Positions 58,728 through 64,000 of a DNA stretch of 64,000 nucleotides are shown here, piece after piece. How positions within the stretch are numbered: position 1 is the first letter of the stretch; each line of letters starts with the position of its first letter. The DNA is taken from positions 42,802-106,801 of the forward strand of contig QPMI01000232.1 of the NCBI GenBank assembly GCA_004431415.1, given 5' to 3'. Below the pieces are notes generated by a model. It was not told the DNA's origin. It did no database searches and worked only from the letters and a program-made list of their open reading frames with translations. A program made the position numbers and the translations under genes. The stretch is from Cyanophora paradoxa CCMP329. Lineage: Eukaryota; Plantae; Glaucophyta.

Positions 58728-58877
58728 GCTGGAACCCAGATTTCGAGCGCCGGATCGAAGTGAAAGAGTTGAGCTAGGCGACTCGCTTCGCGTACCCCGG
58801 ACAAGACTTGAAAGACGTTCGAAGCGGGCAGTTACCAGCGAGCGGCGGCTGCGCTAGCGAGTCAGTGCAGGCGGAGA

Positions 58878-60606
58878 TGGCCTTCGTGCTCGCAGTGGCA
58901 CCGGCTCGGCTCGGTTGGGCGGGCGCGGGAGATGCTGCCTGCAGCCATCTGCCGGGGGCGCAGTCGCACGCCGGCGCGGCGGCAAGGCCGAGGAGAGTAC
59001 TTTGCAGAACTGGAGTAGCGGAGGCCACCCGCGCCCTGGATTTCAAACGAATAATCACGGGGGCTTTTGAGCTGCGGTCGGGCGGAGGGCCGCGACCGCT
59101 GCTGCCGATGTCGCCGAAGCGGAGCTCGGCCAGCTGCGCGCGTGCGTCCCGGCCGCAGCCGCGCCGCGTCTTCTGCGCGGCGGCCGACCTCGCCGGCGTT
59201 GACTTCGGCACCCTCCTGGCCGTCGTGCGCGAGGTCCGCCCGGCGCTCCGGCGCCCCGCTCGCCCCCCGCGCCGCTCCGTCCTGAGCCCCGCCGCCGGGC
59301 CCAGGTCCCCGACATGATCCTCAAGACGCCCCTGGGGGACTTCGCGCTCTCGTCTGCGCGGGAGGTAACCCCCCCGCTCGTCCCCCTCGACGCCGCCGGC
59401 TCCGTCGTCCAGGTACCCCCCGAGCCCCGCCCATCGCGCGCGCCGCGCGCCCCTCTGAGAGGGAACGCGCGCGGGGCAGAACGGGCTGTTCCTGTTCGCC
59501 TCCTCGGCATTCCTCGCGCACGCCGCCTCCTCCTGGCACTTCCGGCAGCGCGACTCCGCCTCGCCCTCCCGTACCCCCCCGGAGATGCCCCCCACCCCCG
59601 ACTGGCTCCTCCCCCTGTACCTCTCCTGCACCGTCGCCCTCCCCGGCCTCTTCTGGATCTTCTTCGGTGCGCGTACCCCCCTTCTGATCCTTGCCCATCT
59701 ACCTGATCCCTTTCCAGCCATCATCAAGGGGGAGGCCTCCGTGACAACCGTCCGCCCGTACTCCTCCCCTCCCCTCCCCTCCCCGCCCAAAGCCGTACCC
59801 CCCAGGCACTCCTCCCCTACCTCGCGATGGTGCTGGTACAGTCCGTTGCGGAGGGGCAGGCGCATGTCTTCCGCAGCCCCGCCTGGGTGCGTTGAACCCC
59901 CTCCCCTCCCCCCCCCCCCCCCCCCCCCCCCCCCGAACCCTTTCCTTCAAGGAAGTGACGGCCGCCCGCTGTACCCGCCCGCAGGCCCTCGTTCCCCTCG
60001 TCTACGGCATGTGGCGCTGTGCGCAACCCCCGCCCCGCCCCCCCTCCGCCCCTCGCCTCCCCATCCCCCCGCAGTCTGGCAGATCTATGCGGGAATGGCC
60101 GTCATCGCCGTTCAAGGTGCCCGCACCCCCTGCGTTCTCCCCTCGCCGCCTTGCCGAGCTTGCACTGGCGCACCCCGCAGGGGGCCCGGCGCCGGTCGCG
60201 GCCCTCCTCGACTTCCTCATGCTCTTCTGGATCGGGGTCTTCGGGTGCGGGGCGCGCCGGCTCGGGTGCGGGCGGGGCGGGACGCGGGCGGGGCGCGGGG
60301 CGCAGGATGCACCTGCTGCGGCTGCCGTACCTGCTCGACGCCGACCTTGACATGGCGCAGCTCTACGCCCCCGCCCCGCCCCAAGAGCTCCCGTGCGCCC
60401 CGCCCCGCCCCCCTCCCCACCGCCCCCGCCGCCTGCCCCGGCCCCGGCAGCTCTCGACCTTTCTGAGCAAGCGCGTCGGCAGCGCGGGGTCTGCCCCGCA
60501 GCGCCTCGGGGCGGAGGAGGGGGCGGCGGCGGAGGGCCCCTCGAGCTCGGAGACGCGCCTCGCCTCCTCGTCCCCCGCCTCCTCGCCCACCGCCGCCGAC
60601 AGCTGA
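58878..60606 (+). CDS. Putative plastid-targeted multi-pass membrane protein
   Basis: N-terminus MAFVLAVAPARL, Ala/Arg/Ser-rich. About 5 hydrophobic segments (LLPLYLSCTVALPGLFWIFF; LLPYLAMVLVQSVAEG; ALVPLVYGMWR; LLDFLMLFWIGVFG). Confidence 0.7.
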
Positions 60607-61870
60607 CCCTCCGACCTGCCCCCGCGCTCCCCCCCCCCCCCCCCCCCCCCCCCCGGTCCGCAGTGCGTATGCGCAGTCCAGCAGCTGCCGGCGCAGTGCG
60701 CAGCCTGCAGGCTGCAGGCTGCAGCCGGCCCGTCCCAGACTTTCAGACTAGCGCTGGCACTGCGGCAGGCTGGATGCTACGTATACGTATACTATCGTGC
60801 TAGCGCCGCGCTAGCGCTAGATGTCGACCTCTGCAGAGTCAGTGCAGGTACTAGTCACTGCAGACACTGTGACAGCAGTCTGCTGCTTGCCGCAGTATAT
60901 ATATATACGTAGAAGTGCAATTAATATTGAGGCTAATCGAGACCAGGCTCCTTGATGCTCTCGGGTGGCGCTGGCCGGTTGGAGGCAAGGTATACGTATA
61001 CGGTAAACGTATAAGGGGATCGGACAGGCCTAGGGGTAGCAGCATTGGCCCGGAGTCAGGTGGACCACCTGACTCGTGGGCCAGAGTCGTGGGGGACAGG
61101 GGTAGCAGCTGACTCGATCAGTGAGCTCGTGGACTCCCGGAGTCCGGGAGCGCCGAACTTTCCCGAGCCTCGGACTCGGGAGGGCGCGCGCGCGCGCGTG
61201 TCGATTCGTGACATGTACAGTTCAGGCCCCGCGCGCTCGGAGGATCCCGCATTCGCCGGCGGCCCGCTCCGGATTCCGGTCCAACGTTAACTTAAGCCGC
61301 TGAGCTTCCGGAATACTAGTACTAGCTATAGACTATAGTGACAGAGCTAGAGCCTAGAGTCCCTTCGGCGGGCCCCGTCGCCTCCGCCAGGCGGGGCTCC
61401 GCCCCGCAGGCTGCAGGCCTGAGGGGCAGGCAGCTGGCGCGATTTGCAGGCTGCGGCGCGCTGCGTCAGTGCGCGTTTCCGGTCCAGCGCTTGCCTAGTA
61501 CTACGGTAGCGCGCGCTCGCGGAAGTCGCGGCGAGCCTCGCGCCCTAGCTTCAGTAGCTGCGCATGCGCCGGCGCGGCGGCGCCGCCTCCGCGCGCGATC
61601 CGAATCATGATCATATATATGCATCCGATCGCGATCATCGGATGCGGAGCTGGGGGGCGAACCAGTTCAAACGGTTGATAACTCTACCCCCCTGGGCCCG
61701 GCCCTGGCGCACGCGCGAGCACTTCTCAGCTTATCACACCGCCGGCGCTGGCCCGGCGCCTTGCCGACGCGTACATACCGGCGCGTAAACCGTAGTACGT
61801 ACCTGCAACTGCAGTTGCGCCGCCCGCGGCGCCGTACGCGTCCGCCGCTGCTGGATCTCAAATTTCTAGG

Positions 61871-62882
61871 TCACCCGGGCCGGCGCCGTGGGCCGTGGTG
61901 CGGCCTTGTGCAGCGGCCGCGGTTGCAATCGCTGGACTCCGCGATGGAGAGCTCCGGGGAATCCGCGATGGAGAGCTCCGAGGACACGACGGGGGAGAGG
62001 CGGCGGCGCATGGCGACGGAGCGGGCGTCGTGCCCGCGGCCGCCCCCGAGCTCCACCTCCCACTCGTTGTTGAAGGTCGCGCAGCACGAGACCACCTGCC
62101 GCCCCCGTCGCCTCGCCCCGGGCGCTGGCGCGGGCGCCGGGGCGGGGCCGCCGGGGCGGGTCGGGGCGGGCCGTGTCGGCGCTGTGGTAGTTGACGAGGA
62201 GGTTGCCGCGGAAGAGGCACCCCACCGCGTACTGCCCCGCCCCAGCCGCCGCCGTCAGCCCAGGCCGCCGGGGGGCGGGCGGGGGGCGGGGCGGGGGGCG
62301 CGCCTTGACCCAGAGGGGCAGGTACCGGTCGTCGTTCGTGAACCTGGCCCGCCACGCCCCGCCTCACGCCCCGCCTCGGGCCCCGCCCCGCACCCTCCAC
62401 GGCGTCGCCCTCGGGCGGGAGCACCGGATGTGCTCGCGGAACATGATCGAGTGGTTCCACTGCACGAAGCCTGCCGCCCCGCGCCCCAGCGCTGAGCGCC
62501 CCGCCCCGCCACGCGCGGGGCGGGGGGCGAACCGGAGCCGTGGAGGAGCTTGGCGACGGTGCCGAACGTGGCCTGGATGCCTGCTGGGCGGGTGATGGGC
62601 GCGGGGGGACGAAGGGCGGGTGGGGCACCGTGGTAGGAGGAGTGCGTGTCGGGATTCACGGGCACCTCCGCCGCGCAAGGCCGCCTGCAGAGCCCCGCGT
62701 TAGGGGCGCCCCGCGGAGGCCAGGGCAGGGGCCGGGGCGGGGCCCGCAGGGGCGGGCATGTTATGGCCGAGGGCGAGCTCGTAAGCCACCTCCACGTCGT
62801 CCACCAGCGCAACACAAATTCGGTAGTCAAAAGTGTCGCAAGCTTACTCTGTCACACTGTCACGCTGAAAGACAGCTTTCAT
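61871..62882 (-). CDS. Hypothetical multi-exon protein (5' end unclear)
   Basis: Exons PVNPDTHSSYH|GIQATFGTVAKLLHGS|GFVQWNHSIMFREHI|RFTNDDRYLPLWVK|YAVGCLFRGNLLVNYHS|VVSCCATFNNEWEVEL, with standard splice signals. Confidence 0.5.
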
Positions 62883-63378
62883 GAAGCTCTACAGGCTGCA
62901 GGAGCAAGCACAAATTGCAGGTTGCAAGTGCATGCACAGAACTGCCTCCGGGAGTTTTGTGCAACTTGAGCGTTACTGTCTTTCGGCGTACTGAGCAACT
63001 TCAAATGACGGAGTCATCCAGAAGGCGTGCTTGCTTTCTGCAAAAAAAAGACCTTGCTAGTGGAAAAGTGGATCTTGTGTTTAGCTCAGCGGAGCACGGA
63101 GAACCTGGGGGAACACACACGAGGTTACTTCAGCGCTGCGTTTCGGCGGGACGGCCGTAGTTCGGGATTCGGCGGTTGAGCTGCCGTAGTTCGCGAAATG
63201 AATGGCCTGGATCCAGCCACTGCTTGCCGTACGTGTCACTGTTTGCTGCTGGCTGAGAAGCTGCTGCTTCTCGAATGATGGTTGCTGTAGAATTAAAGAA
63301 ACAAAATAAGACGACGCAAGACGACATCCTCGCCCCGCGCCCTATATCGTGTTCGTCGACCCGCGCCCCGCCGCGCAG

Positions 63379-64000
63379 GTGGATCGATCCGCTGGGCGCG
63401 ATCGTGAGCCAGACGCAAATACTCAATATATTCGAAGAGTTCACTTGGGCGCAGATCTTCTCGCTCTTCATCGTCTATGACTACGTCGGCATGAGGCGAG
63501 CGGCGCCCCGCCCCCCGCCCGATCGCGAGCGCACGGGGCTGAGGGCGGCAGAGGGCGCGGGCACCGCCGGGGCGCGCAGCAAGGACCTGGTGAAGGAGCT
63601 GCTGGGCGAGTCGGCGAGTCAGCGCCATCACCTACGCCGCCGGACCCGCCCCGCCCCGCCCCGCCCGCCCGGCCTCGCGCCCGGGCCGATCGCGAGCGCG
63701 CGGAGCCTGCAGGACGCACGACCCCGCGATCTCACACGTCGACACGGTGGCCGCCAGCCCTGCCAAACCCGGTTACCCCGGAGCTGACCTGACCGGCGGC
63801 AGGTGCGGGCGTTCAAGCACTCGTCGAACTAGAACTGGGTGGAGGTGGACGTGGTCATGGACCGGCGCGCCCGCCCGCACCCGCGAGATCGCGTGAGGGC
63901 GGCGAGGCTGACGGCGCGCGGGGGCGTTGCAGGCTGACGCTGCTGTACGAAGCACACGACATTGCCGAGGCGCTCAAGAAGAAGCTCGAGGGCTGGCCCT
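63379..64000 (+). pseudogene. Cation diffusion facilitator (MTP-like) C-terminal portion with in-frame stop; runs off the window
   Basis: WIDPLGAI|IFSLFIVY..., VKELLGES, VRAFKHSSN*NWVEVDVVM, HDIAEALKKKLEGWP match the last TM helix and cytosolic domain of MTPs. TAG at 63830-63832. No upstream TM exons recognised. Confidence 0.7.

Noticed and set aside
63830-63832. TAG reassignment or readthrough code
   Set aside because: Other genes here end with TAG (e.g. 14279, 17303, 48524) and the conserved genes have no internal TAG.

Overview
Eukaryotic, very GC-rich, intron-dense nuclear DNA. Introns are short, with CTGAC/CTAAC branch sites, (G)CAG acceptors and both GT and GC donors, so most long six-frame ORFs are shadows and real genes had to be spliced by eye; gene boundaries are approximate. 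One protein starts MAFV, like a glaucophyte (Cyanophora-type) plastid transit peptide, so an alga is likely (inference). About 17 protein-coding loci were resolved: TPR/coiled-coil/2xCCCH protein, KCTD-type BTB protein, ERICH2-like protein, two F-box proteins, a giant soluble adenylyl cyclase-like STAND protein, a SAM carrier, DJ-1/PfpI, a plastid membrane protein, an MTP/CDF fragment and several hypothetical proteins. The two highlights are (1) a spliced gene at 48524-53408(-) joining a vWA domain, an IFI44-like P-loop GTPase, a CCCH finger and a U-box E3 ligase, set head-to-head with an uncharacterised partner gene, and (2) a 5.9-kb tyrosine-recombinase (DIRS/PAT-like) retrotransposon at 36085-41949(-) whose internal split-repeat junction lies between gag and pol and carries a 13-7-13 bp palindrome. 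A small poly(A)-tailed retroposon with a target-site duplication lies at 2303-2544. No rRNA, tRNA or CRISPR array was found.
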